DNA from: a virus | Reading direction: 5' to 3' (one strand) | DNA: 64,000 nt | Virus record (IMG/VR): IMGVR_UViG_3300025600_000001 | Span: 53,569-117,568 of that record | Shown: in pieces, positions 18,609-27,247 of the stretch | Position numbering within the stretch: the first letter of the stretch is position 1 | Layout of the letters: each line of letters starts with the position of its first letter | Program-made: the position numbers and the translations under genes | Notes under the pieces: generated by a model | The model's input: only the letters and a program-made list of their open reading frames with translations | The model's database searches: none | Told to the model about the DNA's origin: nothing

Positions 18609-19492
18609 TATCCTAAATTTGTAGTTGTTGTCGTTGTTGTACTACTTGTACTGGTACTAGTAGAACTAGTAGACGAACTAGTTGTTGATGTAGAGGTAGT
18701 AGTAGGACAAGGATTAACTGTACAAGTTGCACCAGTGATATTATTACCATCAAGAGTTACAGCAGCAGTTAATGCAAATGCTCTACCTACTAATTTAGCA
18801 GAAGTAGTCATTGTTACAGATGCCTGTGCAATAATATTACCAACCATATTTGAGAAAGTACCAAGTGTAGCAGAGGATCCTACTATCCAATATACATTTC
18901 CTGCTTTAGTACCATTAGTTAATGATACATTAGATGATGAAGCTGTAACTAATGTTGAAGGAACTATAAATACAAATAATGCATTTGGATTACCTCCGCC
19001 ATTTAATGTAAGAGTTCCTGTAATAGCAGCAGAACTTCCAAAGGTATATACACCTGGTATAACGGTAGTACCACCGATATCTGTACTTAGTGTAGAAGTA
19101 GGAGTTAATGCTCCTAAACAGTCAAAAGCAGTTTGTGCACTTACTTTTCCAGCAGCAGCAACTCCATCAGTTATAAACTTTGTTCCATTTACAATTCCTG
19201 GTGGAAAACCTACCACTGATGTTCCTGGGGATAAACCAAGATCACCATTTACTACTGATGATCCTGTATTTGTAACAGTAGAAGCACCTAACACTACAAA
19301 GTGTGCAGCATCTCCTAATGTGGTACAAGTAATAGGACCAGGTAAAAAATTACAACATTGATATGCAGGGATTTCCTGCCATTTTCCTACTCTGGGCATC
19401 TTTCTCCTAAGGATTAAAGATCCCGCTACAACTCTCCCAGATCCATCGTATCTAACATAGGCATTGAGCGGACGTTGACTAATAGTTCCCAT
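18608..19492 (-). CDS. putative virion protein with DUF3494 ice-binding-like domain and Ser/Thr tail
   Basis: LGDAAHFVVLGASTVTNTG..GDLGLSPGT..GFPPG, PGVY, NVYWIVGSSATLG, GRAFA. Confidence 0.85.
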   Translation of the reverse strand: MGTISQRPLNAYVRYDGSGRVVAGSLILRRKMPRVGKWQEIPAYQCCNFLPGPITCTTLGDAAHFVVLGASTVTNTGSSVVNGDLGLSPGTSVVGFPPGIVNGTKFITDGVAAAGKVSAQTAFDCLGALTPTSTLSTDIGGTTVIPGVYTFGSSAAITGTLTLNGGGNPNALFVFIVPSTLVTASSSNVSLTNGTKAGNVYWIVGSSATLGTFSNMVGNIIAQASVTMTTSAKLVGRAFALTAAVTLDGNNITGATCTVNPCPTTTSTSTTSSSTSSTSTSTSSTTTTTTTNLG

Positions 19493-19568
19493 AATTTTAT
19501 TTTTTAATTTAAAAATTTATACAAATATATAAAATATTTATCTAATAATAATTAATTTATTTTAGTAT

Positions 19569-19934
19569 CTATTGATTTGTTTTTATTTCTGATGATTCTG
19601 ATTTTGATATAGTTGAAGAAGATGTTCCTCCTGATTTCATTTCAGCAAATTTCTGTAAAAATTTTGGAACAAAAGCAGCAATTAAGAGTATTGCTACAAT
19701 ATCCCAATCAAATAATTTTTGACCTGTTATAAGAACATTAAAACTTTGCTCTGAAATAAAATTCTGGGCTCGCATTTGAATGAATTTTAAAAAATGAAAC
19801 TCATAAGAAATACCTGCAAATATCATATATATAAAAAAAATAAGTAATGCAATAGCAGAAGCTTCTCGCATATAACTTGATGCAATTTTACCTGATGGTA
19901 ATTCTTCCTGAAATATTCCTATTTGCGATTTCAT
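19569..19934 (-). CDS. holin-like membrane protein
   Basis: Two hydrophobic helices; SSYMR at the N-terminus, PKFLQKFAE at the C-terminus; near the endolysin. Confidence 0.5.
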   Translation of the reverse strand: MKSQIGIFQEELPSGKIASSYMREASAIALLIFFIYMIFAGISYEFHFLKFIQMRAQNFISEQSFNVLITGQKLFDWDIVAILLIAAFVPKFLQKFAEMKSGGTSSSTISKSESSEIKTNQ

Positions 19935-19936
19935 TA

Positions 19937-20953
19937 TTAATATTCTAATTTATATTTATCTTTTACTTTCTTTAATTCATTTGTATAATACCATGTACAA
20001 TGTTTCTTGCTTTCTTCACTCTTCAATACGTCATAAATATGCTGATCTTTGAAAGGATCATTACCATTAATGTATTTACCTTTATAGAAACATGGATAAC
20101 CATCTTGGATTGGTCCAGAGATACCAGCATTGTGATAGATTGTACATCGTTTTAATTTATTGATATCATCAGGAGCCCAACTAAATTCTAATTCATCTAC
20201 TATTTTAGTTTCATATCCTGTTCTCCAAAGTTCCCATAACACTAACCACATATCACTTGTCCATTTTTGATATCCTTTATTTTCATTCTCAAAGAATTGC
20301 TTATTTATTTTTCCTAAGTACTTTAACAAAGGAATACATTTATCAAATACATTTTGCCAAAATTCTTTATTTGTATTTTTTAATAAATATTGGGTTCCTA
20401 TAGAGTGTAAATTATTCTTCTCACATATCTGTCTGCTTATTCCTACAATTTTCGCTGATTCTTCTAATACATCAATTGTTCTATATTCTTCTAATTTATT
20501 AGGAAGCACATCGTTAATTTTACTATCAAAATATGAAGCATTTATATAACTATTAGTATCTGAACCATAAATAATATCATCTTCTAATAAATGGTCAATA
20601 TTAAAATTCTCTAAAAATAAAATATCACTATCACAATAAAACACTGCTTTATTTGCTATCTCAGGGAACTGCTTACAATATTTAATCATACAATAAGGAC
20701 GAAGAATAGGAATATATGTTGATAGTAAAGGATCAACAGTTCCATCATCCTTATAAAAATGAAATTCTGCTTCAGGATATAAATCTATTATCTGCTTCCA
20801 TTTAGGATTTGTTCTTCCAAGAGGTTCGAATAATAATACTATAGCTTTATCTGAATGTCCAATATTTTTTAAACTTTCTAACCAAGAATGTACTTGCCAT
20901 GTGAAGTAATTATCTATCGGGCAAATTGTCAAGAACTTCAACTCTCTTCTCAT
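19937..20953 (-). CDS. GT-A glycosyltransferase resembling peptidyl-serine galactosyltransferase / Hyp-arabinosyltransferase (GT96/GT95-like)
   Basis: YFTWQV, YIPILRP, FYCDSDILF (DxD), GTQYLL, WTSDMW, IYHNAG. Confidence 0.65.
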   Translation of the reverse strand: MRRELKFLTICPIDNYFTWQVHSWLESLKNIGHSDKAIVLLFEPLGRTNPKWKQIIDLYPEAEFHFYKDDGTVDPLLSTYIPILRPYCMIKYCKQFPEIANKAVFYCDSDILFLENFNIDHLLEDDIIYGSDTNSYINASYFDSKINDVLPNKLEEYRTIDVLEESAKIVGISRQICEKNNLHSIGTQYLLKNTNKEFWQNVFDKCIPLLKYLGKINKQFFENENKGYQKWTSDMWLVLWELWRTGYETKIVDELEFSWAPDDINKLKRCTIYHNAGISGPIQDGYPCFYKGKYINGNDPFKDQHIYDVLKSEESKKHCTWYYTNELKKVKDKYKLEY

Positions 20954-20974
20954 ATATGTAGTTTATAAAATATA

Positions 20975-21124
20975 CTATGGAATTGTTGTAGTGGTAGTAG
21001 TGGTAGGATTAGTGTTGGTAGTTATTTTACCAAGTAATCCTTTTATTTGTTCTAACTCTTTTGCAATATACCACAACATTTGTGATTGTGGATCTTGACC
21101 GATTGGGCGGGATGGAATAGCCAT
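20975..21124 (-). CDS. 49-aa protein with poly-Thr tail (not in ORF track)
   Basis: MAIPSRPIGQDPQSQMLWYIAKELEQIKGLLGKITTNTNPTTTTTTTIP. Confidence 0.7.
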   Translation of the reverse strand: MAIPSRPIGQDPQSQMLWYIAKELEQIKGLLGKITTNTNPTTTTTTTIP

Positions 21125-21152
21125 GATAATTAAGATTTTATGTGTTTATAAA

Positions 21153-21623
21153 CTAAATATAATTTGAGTATGTAGTATTACCATTAACTTTATTTGATAC
21201 TAAAATATTCTTTCTATTTTTTCCTTTATTATAGGATACATGAACCCATGAGGGATAATCATTGTCATCTGGGAATTCCGATATAATTTGATCAAATTCC
21301 ATGTTGTTCCTAATATAATCAAATATTTCTTTGTTATTTGGATTACTTTCATTATCAATATCCATAGCAGATCCGTTGTTTGCCATATGTTGACTATTAG
21401 TAGCTCCTCCTACTGCAACATTGAGTTCTGCACTACGAAAGAATGAACAAAGTTTTATAGGAGTTCCGAAATGTGCTCTTAAAGGTTCAAATACATTTTG
21501 AGCAAGTTCTTTCATATGTATTAATTGAAATTCATTAGGAACATTTTTTATCCCTAATCTTGTACCCGTGGCACTTATAGTACCTTCTCTAAAGCTGATA
21601 TGTTCGCTAATATTTGGTTCCAT
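21153..21623 (-). CDS. endolysin, peptidase M15 family
   Basis: SFFRS..LN.AVGGA.NSQH..AMDID..WVHVSY. Confidence 0.9.
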   Translation of the reverse strand: MEPNISEHISFREGTISATGTRLGIKNVPNEFQLIHMKELAQNVFEPLRAHFGTPIKLCSFFRSAELNVAVGGATNSQHMANNGSAMDIDNESNPNNKEIFDYIRNNMEFDQIISEFPDDNDYPSWVHVSYNKGKNRKNILVSNKVNGNTTYSNYI

Positions 21624-22252
21624 TATTTACGTCTTAAATTTATTTTCCAATAGGATTGGATTCCTAGGTTAAAGTTAATGTTTTTATCAATACCGCCGTA
21701 TATTCCATAAATCTGATCTCTCTTATTTTTTAAGAGGAATCCAACATCAATTTGATTTATAGGATTGAGTTTATTACCTTCTAAACTTCCTCCTATATAT
21801 ATCTGATTTCTTAATGTAGGAGGTAAGGTAATAGTGTTGGTAATAATAGGATATTTTAAATCATAACTAAACTTTCTACCAGTAATCAGATTCTTAGTAA
21901 CTGTATCTGTAATAAATACAAAACCTATACTATCTATCTTTATTTTATTTTGCTGAATATTTTTTACAAGATATAGTGATAGAAGATTTTGGTATTGAAT
22001 AAGAAGTTTGTGGTAGTTCGTATCGGGAAGATACTGAATCTCTTTAGTAAGTCTATCTACAGGATAAGGAATACTGTTTATTAATGAAGGTATACTATTA
22101 CCTGTTGACGTGTGTTCTGTCCAGATAGTATCTCTAACTATCGTCGGAGCAATTGGAGCATCTTTTTTTTGACTACATCTGTCAATGAGCAGTAACCCTA
22201 CTAATATGACGACTAGTAGAGTCAGAAAATTGGTTTTTAGAAAAGTAATCAT
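21623..22252 (-). CDS. membrane-anchored lysis protein (spanin-like)
   Basis: N-terminal hydrophobic helix followed by Cys; beta-strand-rich C-terminus; coupled to the endolysin. Confidence 0.5.
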   Translation of the reverse strand: MITFLKTNFLTLLVVILVGLLLIDRCSQKKDAPIAPTIVRDTIWTEHTSTGNSIPSLINSIPYPVDRLTKEIQYLPDTNYHKLLIQYQNLLSLYLVKNIQQNKIKIDSIGFVFITDTVTKNLITGRKFSYDLKYPIITNTITLPPTLRNQIYIGGSLEGNKLNPINQIDVGFLLKNKRDQIYGIYGGIDKNINFNLGIQSYWKINLRRK

Positions 22253-22300
22253 TTGTAGTTGTTTTAAATATTTTTATACGAAATTTATTTAAATAAGTTA

Positions 22301-22801
22301 TCATTTAAAGATATGAAGTAGCATAAGAGTAAATAAAGCACCAACAGCAATCATTAGTAGACTTACTGTAATCATGTATCTGGATGACTTATCTTCTATT
22401 GCTCTAATTCTTTCTTCTCTTGGTCCTCTAATCTCTGTAACTAATAAATCAAATTCAGTTTTATTTGCTTTACTAATTTCTAACTGTTCAATTTTAGTAC
22501 TAACACCATTAGATAAACTCTTAATATCATCTCTAATGAATTGATTTCCAATTTTTAGTTCGATTAACAAATCATGATCATCGGCATTTTTAATACTTAG
22601 TACTTTAACTGATACAGCTGCTGCCTCTGCTATTACTTTTGATGCTTCTGAGGCTGCTGATGCTATTACATTCTTTGCATCGGTTGCAGCATCCCTAATT
22701 TCATCCTTATGCTTTCGTAAAGTATTATAGTCAGATTCTTGTTTAGTAATAGGTTCTGTTCTTTTCACTACCATAATTAAGAGTTTATAAAAAAACCACA
22801 T
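22301..22801 (-). CDS. coiled-coil protein with C-terminal TM helix (holin/lysis accessory?)
   Basis: YMITVSLLMIAVGALFTLMLLHIF at the C-terminus; start may be ATG 22774. Confidence 0.55.
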   Translation of the reverse strand: MWFFYKLLIMVVKRTEPITKQESDYNTLRKHKDEIRDAATDAKNVIASAASEASKVIAEAAAVSVKVLSIKNADDHDLLIELKIGNQFIRDDIKSLSNGVSTKIEQLEISKANKTEFDLLVTEIRGPREERIRAIEDKSSRYMITVSLLMIAVGALFTLMLLHIFK

Positions 22802-22845
22802 TTCTTTTCTAAAGAATATGTGGTTTTAGATATGTAATTTCGCAT

Positions 22846-22893
22846 CAAACTTACAATTATTATTTTATATTACCAACTTATTTATTAATTTTG
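22846..22893. promoter_or_regulatory. divergent Bacteroidota-type promoters
   Basis: Minus strand: TTGG, 19 nt, TAAGTTTG (22876-22846). Plus strand: TAATTTTG at 22886-22893. Confidence 0.5.
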
Positions 22894-22914
22894 AAGTAAT
22901 TAAATATAAAATAC

Positions 22915-25026
22915 ATGACAGACTTATTAATTGAAAAAAAACTTCGTATAATGGTTATACCTAGTCATCTTTCGACAGGGGGAATGCCAGCCTTTTTATT
23001 AAAAAGAATCGAAGCATTGTTAACTTATACAGAATTTGAAATATTTGTTGTAGAATTTAATTGTGTGAGTTTAGACTATGTGGTACAGAGAGATAAAATA
23101 AAAAATATAGTACCATATTTTTATATTTTAGGGGAGAATAAAAATGAACTATTAGATTTAATTAAAAAAAATAATATAGATATTTTACAATTTGATGATC
23201 CTATAGAGTATATCCCCAATATGTCTTTTAAATTAAGTTGTCAATTATACTCTAATGATAGAACTTGGAGAATATGTGAAACTATACATACTACTAGTTT
23301 TAAACTAGAACACAAAAGATTTTTTGCTGATGCTTATCCTTTAGTCTCTCCTTTTCATTTAGATATATTAAAAACTCTTCCAGGAATAAGAGGAGTAATT
23401 AGATATCCAATTGATAAAAAAGAATTTACTGTTTCTGAAAAATGTGCTGCAAAAAAACTTTTAGATTTTCCTATAGACAAACAATTATTTATAAATATAG
23501 GTTTATGGAATAAAAATAAAAATCAAGAGGAATTTATAGAAATAGCTAGACGATATCCTGATAAAGAATTTGCAGCAATTGGTAATTTAGCTGAAAATTT
23601 TAGTTCTTATTGGGAACCATTAATAAAAGACATTCCTTCTAATTTTCATATCATGGGAGAACGAGAAGATGTCTCTACATTTTTATGTGCCGCAGATGGC
23701 ATGGTATTTACATCTTTGTATGAGTGTATGCCTTTATGTTTATTTGAGGCTATCGAAGTTCATTTGCCTATTTTAGCTCATAATTTAAAAGAATATGAAG
23801 GAGTATTTGATCAGTATATTCAATCTATTGATACAGACTTAAACAACCTTACCTATTCTTATTCTGTTCCTACAGATAATACAATTGAGGATTTTGGTAA
23901 AAATTATAAAGCTCTATATGAATATATAGTAAAAAAAGATATTATTACAAATGATCCTATAAGTAAAATAAATATAAATCAACATTTTGTAGATGGTCCA
24001 TTTCTTGAAATAAAAGGAGGGAGTGATAGTTTGTTTACTGTTAGATTTTATGATGAAGAAGATGTTTGCCATTATGAACACACTATTACTTCTAATTGTT
24101 GGGTGAAACTAAATAGAAAATACTACACTAAATGGACTACTAAAGTATGGCAGGACGGTATTCTTATTTATGAGAATATTCTTAATTATACTGGTAAAAG
24201 AGTATATATTGCTTTTGATAGTGAAAGTTTGGGAGATTCTATTGCTTGGATACATTATGTTCTTGAATTTCAGAAGAAACATAACTGTCATGTAATTGTA
24301 AGTACCTTTAAAAACTTTCTATTTGATTATCCTGAACTAGAATTTGTCAAACCTGGAACAGTAGTAAATAATATTTATGGAATGTATAAGATTGGTTGGT
24401 TCTATAATAGTGATATGGAACCTACTTCTCCTAATACTATTCCTCTTCAACAAACTGCAACAAATATTCTTGGATTAGACTATAAAGAAATTATTCCAAA
24501 AATGAAATTTACACCTAAAAAAAGACAGTTTAAGTATAAATATGTAACAATTGCAACAAATTCAACTATGGCCTGTAAGTTTTTCCCCAAAGAAACATGG
24601 CAAGAAATTATAAATTATTTAGTATCTAAAGGATATAAAGTAATTAATGTCTCTAAAGAGAAGAATTCTTTTAAAAACTGTTCACAAATAAAAGATGTAT
24701 CTATAGAGAATACTATACAGGTTATCCATTATAGTGAGTTTGTTTTAACTTTAAGTAGTGGATTAGGATGGCTTGCATTTGGAATGAATAAACAAACTGT
24801 ACTTTTAAGTAACTTTACTGAAGACTGGCACGAATGGTCAACTAAGTGTATTAGAATTACTAATAAAGAAGTGTGTCATGGATGCTGGAACAAAAAAGAT
24901 ATAATATTCTCTAAAAATGACTGGGAATGGTGTCCTTATAATAAAGGTACAATAAACCAGTTTATATGTCATTCAGCAATATCTTCAGGAACAATAATAG
25001 AAAGAATTCAATCATTAATTATTTAA
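22915..25026 (+). CDS. bifunctional glycosyltransferase: GT4-like domain plus autotransporter O-heptosyltransferase (Aah/TibC)-like domain
   Basis: HLSTGGMP, NIGLWNKNKNQ, SLYECMPL..EA (GT4-like); DSESLGDSIAW, LSSGLGWLA, CHGCWN..WCP..FIC (Aah/TibC-like). Confidence 0.8.
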   Translation: MTDLLIEKKLRIMVIPSHLSTGGMPAFLLKRIEALLTYTEFEIFVVEFNCVSLDYVVQRDKIKNIVPYFYILGENKNELLDLIKKNNIDILQFDDPIEYIPNMSFKLSCQLYSNDRTWRICETIHTTSFKLEHKRFFADAYPLVSPFHLDILKTLPGIRGVIRYPIDKKEFTVSEKCAAKKLLDFPIDKQLFINIGLWNKNKNQEEFIEIARRYPDKEFAAIGNLAENFSSYWEPLIKDIPSNFHIMGEREDVSTFLCAADGMVFTSLYECMPLCLFEAIEVHLPILAHNLKEYEGVFDQYIQSIDTDLNNLTYSYSVPTDNTIEDFGKNYKALYEYIVKKDIITNDPISKININQHFVDGPFLEIKGGSDSLFTVRFYDEEDVCHYEHTITSNCWVKLNRKYYTKWTTKVWQDGILIYENILNYTGKRVYIAFDSESLGDSIAWIHYVLEFQKKHNCHVIVSTFKNFLFDYPELEFVKPGTVVNNIYGMYKIGWFYNSDMEPTSPNTIPLQQTATNILGLDYKEIIPKMKFTPKKRQFKYKYVTIATNSTMACKFFPKETWQEIINYLVSKGYKVINVSKEKNSFKNCSQIKDVSIENTIQVIHYSEFVLTLSSGLGWLAFGMNKQTVLLSNFTEDWHEWSTKCIRITNKEVCHGCWNKKDIIFSKNDWEWCPYNKGTINQFICHSAISSGTIIERIQSLII

Positions 25027-25032
25027 ATTAAC

Positions 25033-25062
25033 ATCCCAGGATTAAGAGTCCTGGGATTTTTT
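25033..25062. terminator. terminator between converging genes
   Basis: ATCCCAGGA-TTAAGAG-TCCTGGGAT plus T run. Confidence 0.7.
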
Positions 25063-25099
25063 AGAATTTATGTCCAACTTTCATCATTGAATTATATTC

Positions 25100-25342
25100 T
25101 TAACTAATAATTTCTTCTATTATTGGGTTATCCTCAATTTTTACATCTACCAATTTACTAATTATTCCTACGTCATCCGAAGATTTTGTATTTAATCTCT
25201 TAACATTCATTATTTGAGCATTAAATATATTTCCGCATTTACACTTAAAAATAGCCCTTCTTTCTCCCACATAAGGAGTATCTTTGATATAAGAAACTTG
25301 TCCTATTATTTCCCCTTTTTTGTAGATTATTTTTGATGACAT
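25100..25342 (-). pseudogene. truncated HNH-type homing endonuclease remnant
   Basis: RRAIFKCKCGNIF..VKRLNTKS matches RREAIFKCYCGKKF..IKRGITKSCGC in 60365-61051, then breaks off. Confidence 0.6.
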
Positions 25343-25349
25343 ATATTTA

Positions 25350-26981
25350 TTATTGTACTATAACCCAGTCAAAAATTACGGAACCTGTAAGTCCAGTGAG
25401 AAAAACGACATCGAAGGAAGTTGTTGTTTTATTATTCACATAATGTACTGCGGAAGACAAAACGTTGTTTCCTTCCGTTACGACTTTATATGTAGTATTT
25501 GCCATTGTTTGCCCGATTGTTACTGTAAATGTTGTTGTGGCTGTTCCTGTTCCAGAAAATGAACCTGCTATGGCACTCTGTTGGTCTAATTGATACCTAG
25601 TGGGAGTAGAAGATGTCCAATAAATATGAGTTCCATCACTTTCTACATTTCCAGTTACAGGTGTTGTAGTTACTACTCCAGCGTCTATTTTAAGTGAAGC
25701 GGTATTTGCCGAAGCTGTTGATGCCTTCAAATGTAGTACTGCAGTTGGCGATATAGTCCCGATGCCGACGTTGCCGTTATTTGTTATTCTCATTTTCTCT
25801 GTGGGAGGGGTATTTACTAACCCAGTACCAAAAGAAATATAAGAAATACCAGTAGCACCACCGTTTGAATTATTTATATAAGTAGTCCCATAAGTAGAGT
25901 AATCTACTGTATTTGCATTGGCATTCCAGTTGTTGCTGATTAACAAGTCGGAACCAGTTGTTCCATTTATCCCAATACGGTTATAGTATGGCCAACCATT
26001 CGCACTAAATTTAATTCCATTATTATCAGATGTTGCAGAACTTAAATGTAGTTGTGCATACGGCATCGTCGTACCAATCCCGACGTTAGTTCCATCATCA
26101 TAAATCATTGCACCAGTGTCACCAATAGTTGTAGCACTTGTAAATTTAGCAACGTAATTTGTTGTTCCACTTACTGCTACAGATGTACCACTAGTTCCAG
26201 TAGTACCTGAAGTTCCATTTATACCAGAACTACCTGATGTTCCACTAGTTGATGAGGTTCCTGATGTGCCATCTATAGCACTACTTCCACTAGTTCCATT
26301 TGTTCCTGAAGACCCAGATATACCGCTAGTTCCGTCAATAGCAGAGGTACCACTTGTACCATTTAATCCTGATGTACCAGACGTTCCATTAGTTCCATTG
26401 ATACTTATTCCTGATGTACCTGAAGTTGAACTACTACCTGAACTACCAGATATTGAAATACCTGACGAACCTGAACTTCCTGATGTTCCACTCACACCAC
26501 TACTACCAGCAATTGTTATTCCTGAACTACCACTTAATCCAGATGAACCAGATGTACCTCCAGTTGATGAAGTTCCTGAACTACCATTAGTAGAACTACC
26601 ACTAGTTCCACTTGTTGATGATGTACCAGAAGTTCCAGGAATAGTAAGACCACTAGTACCACTAGTAGAACTTGTTCCACTACTACCGTTTGAACCATTA
26701 ATAGCACTTGTTCCTGATGTTCCATTTCCACTAGTACCACTTGTAGATGAGGTTCCTGATGTTGATGAAGTTCCACTAGTGGCAGAAGTACCACTAGTTC
26801 CTCCTGTTCCTGAAGACCCATTTAATACTCCTGAATGCAAAGCATTATCTATTTTTACAAATACTGTTTCAATAGTATCATTTGTATTGACGTGAAGATA
26901 TATTAAATTAGGACCTTCATAAAATACACAGGTAGAACTTAATATAACAGGACATGGAGAGGGATTACAACGTATCTTCAT
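25350..26981 (-). CDS. fibre protein with Gly-Thr-Ser collagen-like stalk
   Basis: About 220 aa of G-T-S / G-S-S triplets; two NVGIGT motifs; beta-rich C-terminal tip. Confidence 0.85.
   Translation of the reverse strand: MKIRCNPSPCPVILSSTCVFYEGPNLIYLHVNTNDTIETVFVKIDNALHSGVLNGSSGTGGTSGTSATSGTSSTSGTSSTSGTSGNGTSGTSAINGSNGSSGTSSTSGTSGLTIPGTSGTSSTSGTSGSSTNGSSGTSSTGGTSGSSGLSGSSGITIAGSSGVSGTSGSSGSSGISISGSSGSSSTSGTSGISINGTNGTSGTSGLNGTSGTSAIDGTSGISGSSGTNGTSGSSAIDGTSGTSSTSGTSGSSGINGTSGTTGTSGTSVAVSGTTNYVAKFTSATTIGDTGAMIYDDGTNVGIGTTMPYAQLHLSSATSDNNGIKFSANGWPYYNRIGINGTTGSDLLISNNWNANANTVDYSTYGTTYINNSNGGATGISYISFGTGLVNTPPTEKMRITNNGNVGIGTISPTAVLHLKASTASANTASLKIDAGVVTTTPVTGNVESDGTHIYWTSSTPTRYQLDQQSAIAGSFSGTGTATTTFTVTIGQTMANTTYKVVTEGNNVLSSAVHYVNNKTTTSFDVVFLTGLTGSVIFDWVIVQ
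26170..26820 (-). repeat. degenerate 9-nt tandem coding repeat (SGT)n
   Basis: Recurrent ACCACTAGT / TCCTGATGT units on the + strand. Confidence 0.85.
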
Positions 26982-26992
26982 TTTAAAAGGTA

Positions 26993-27229
26993 TTAATACA
27001 GTATAGTTGTAGAAGTAGTTGTTGTGCTACTACTACTTGTTGTTGAGGATGTACTAGTAGAACTAGTTGTAGGAGTTATTGCTGTAATAGCAACTTCTAA
27101 CTTTGCAAGAATTACATCAAGTGAATCTCCAGGAGAGATATTTGTTACTGGTAAAAAAGTTCCTTCATATATAACACATTTAGTATTTTCATATGTAGGA
27201 CATGTTGGGCAAACTTTGGCTGTACGCAT
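26993..27229 (-). CDS. small Cys-containing structural protein with Ser/Thr tail
   Basis: CPTCP..CVIYEG..GDSLDVIL resembles the N-terminus of 25350-26981; TTSSTSTSS tail. Confidence 0.75.
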   Translation of the reverse strand: MRTAKVCPTCPTYENTKCVIYEGTFLPVTNISPGDSLDVILAKLEVAITAITPTTSSTSTSSTTSSSSTTTTSTTILY

Positions 27230-27247
27230 GATATTTAAATTTAAGTA

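Noticed and set aside
18735-19361. 208-aa + strand ORF
   Set aside because: Antisense to the DUF3494 gene, which has clear family motifs
26266-26895. 209-aa Pro/Val/Asp repeat ORF on the + strand
   Set aside because: Antisense shadow of the Gly-Thr-Ser repeat fibre
26170-27075. CRISPR array or DGR template/variable repeats
   Set aside because: Repeats are degenerate coding triplets with no constant repeat-spacer pattern, and no reverse transcriptase is in the window
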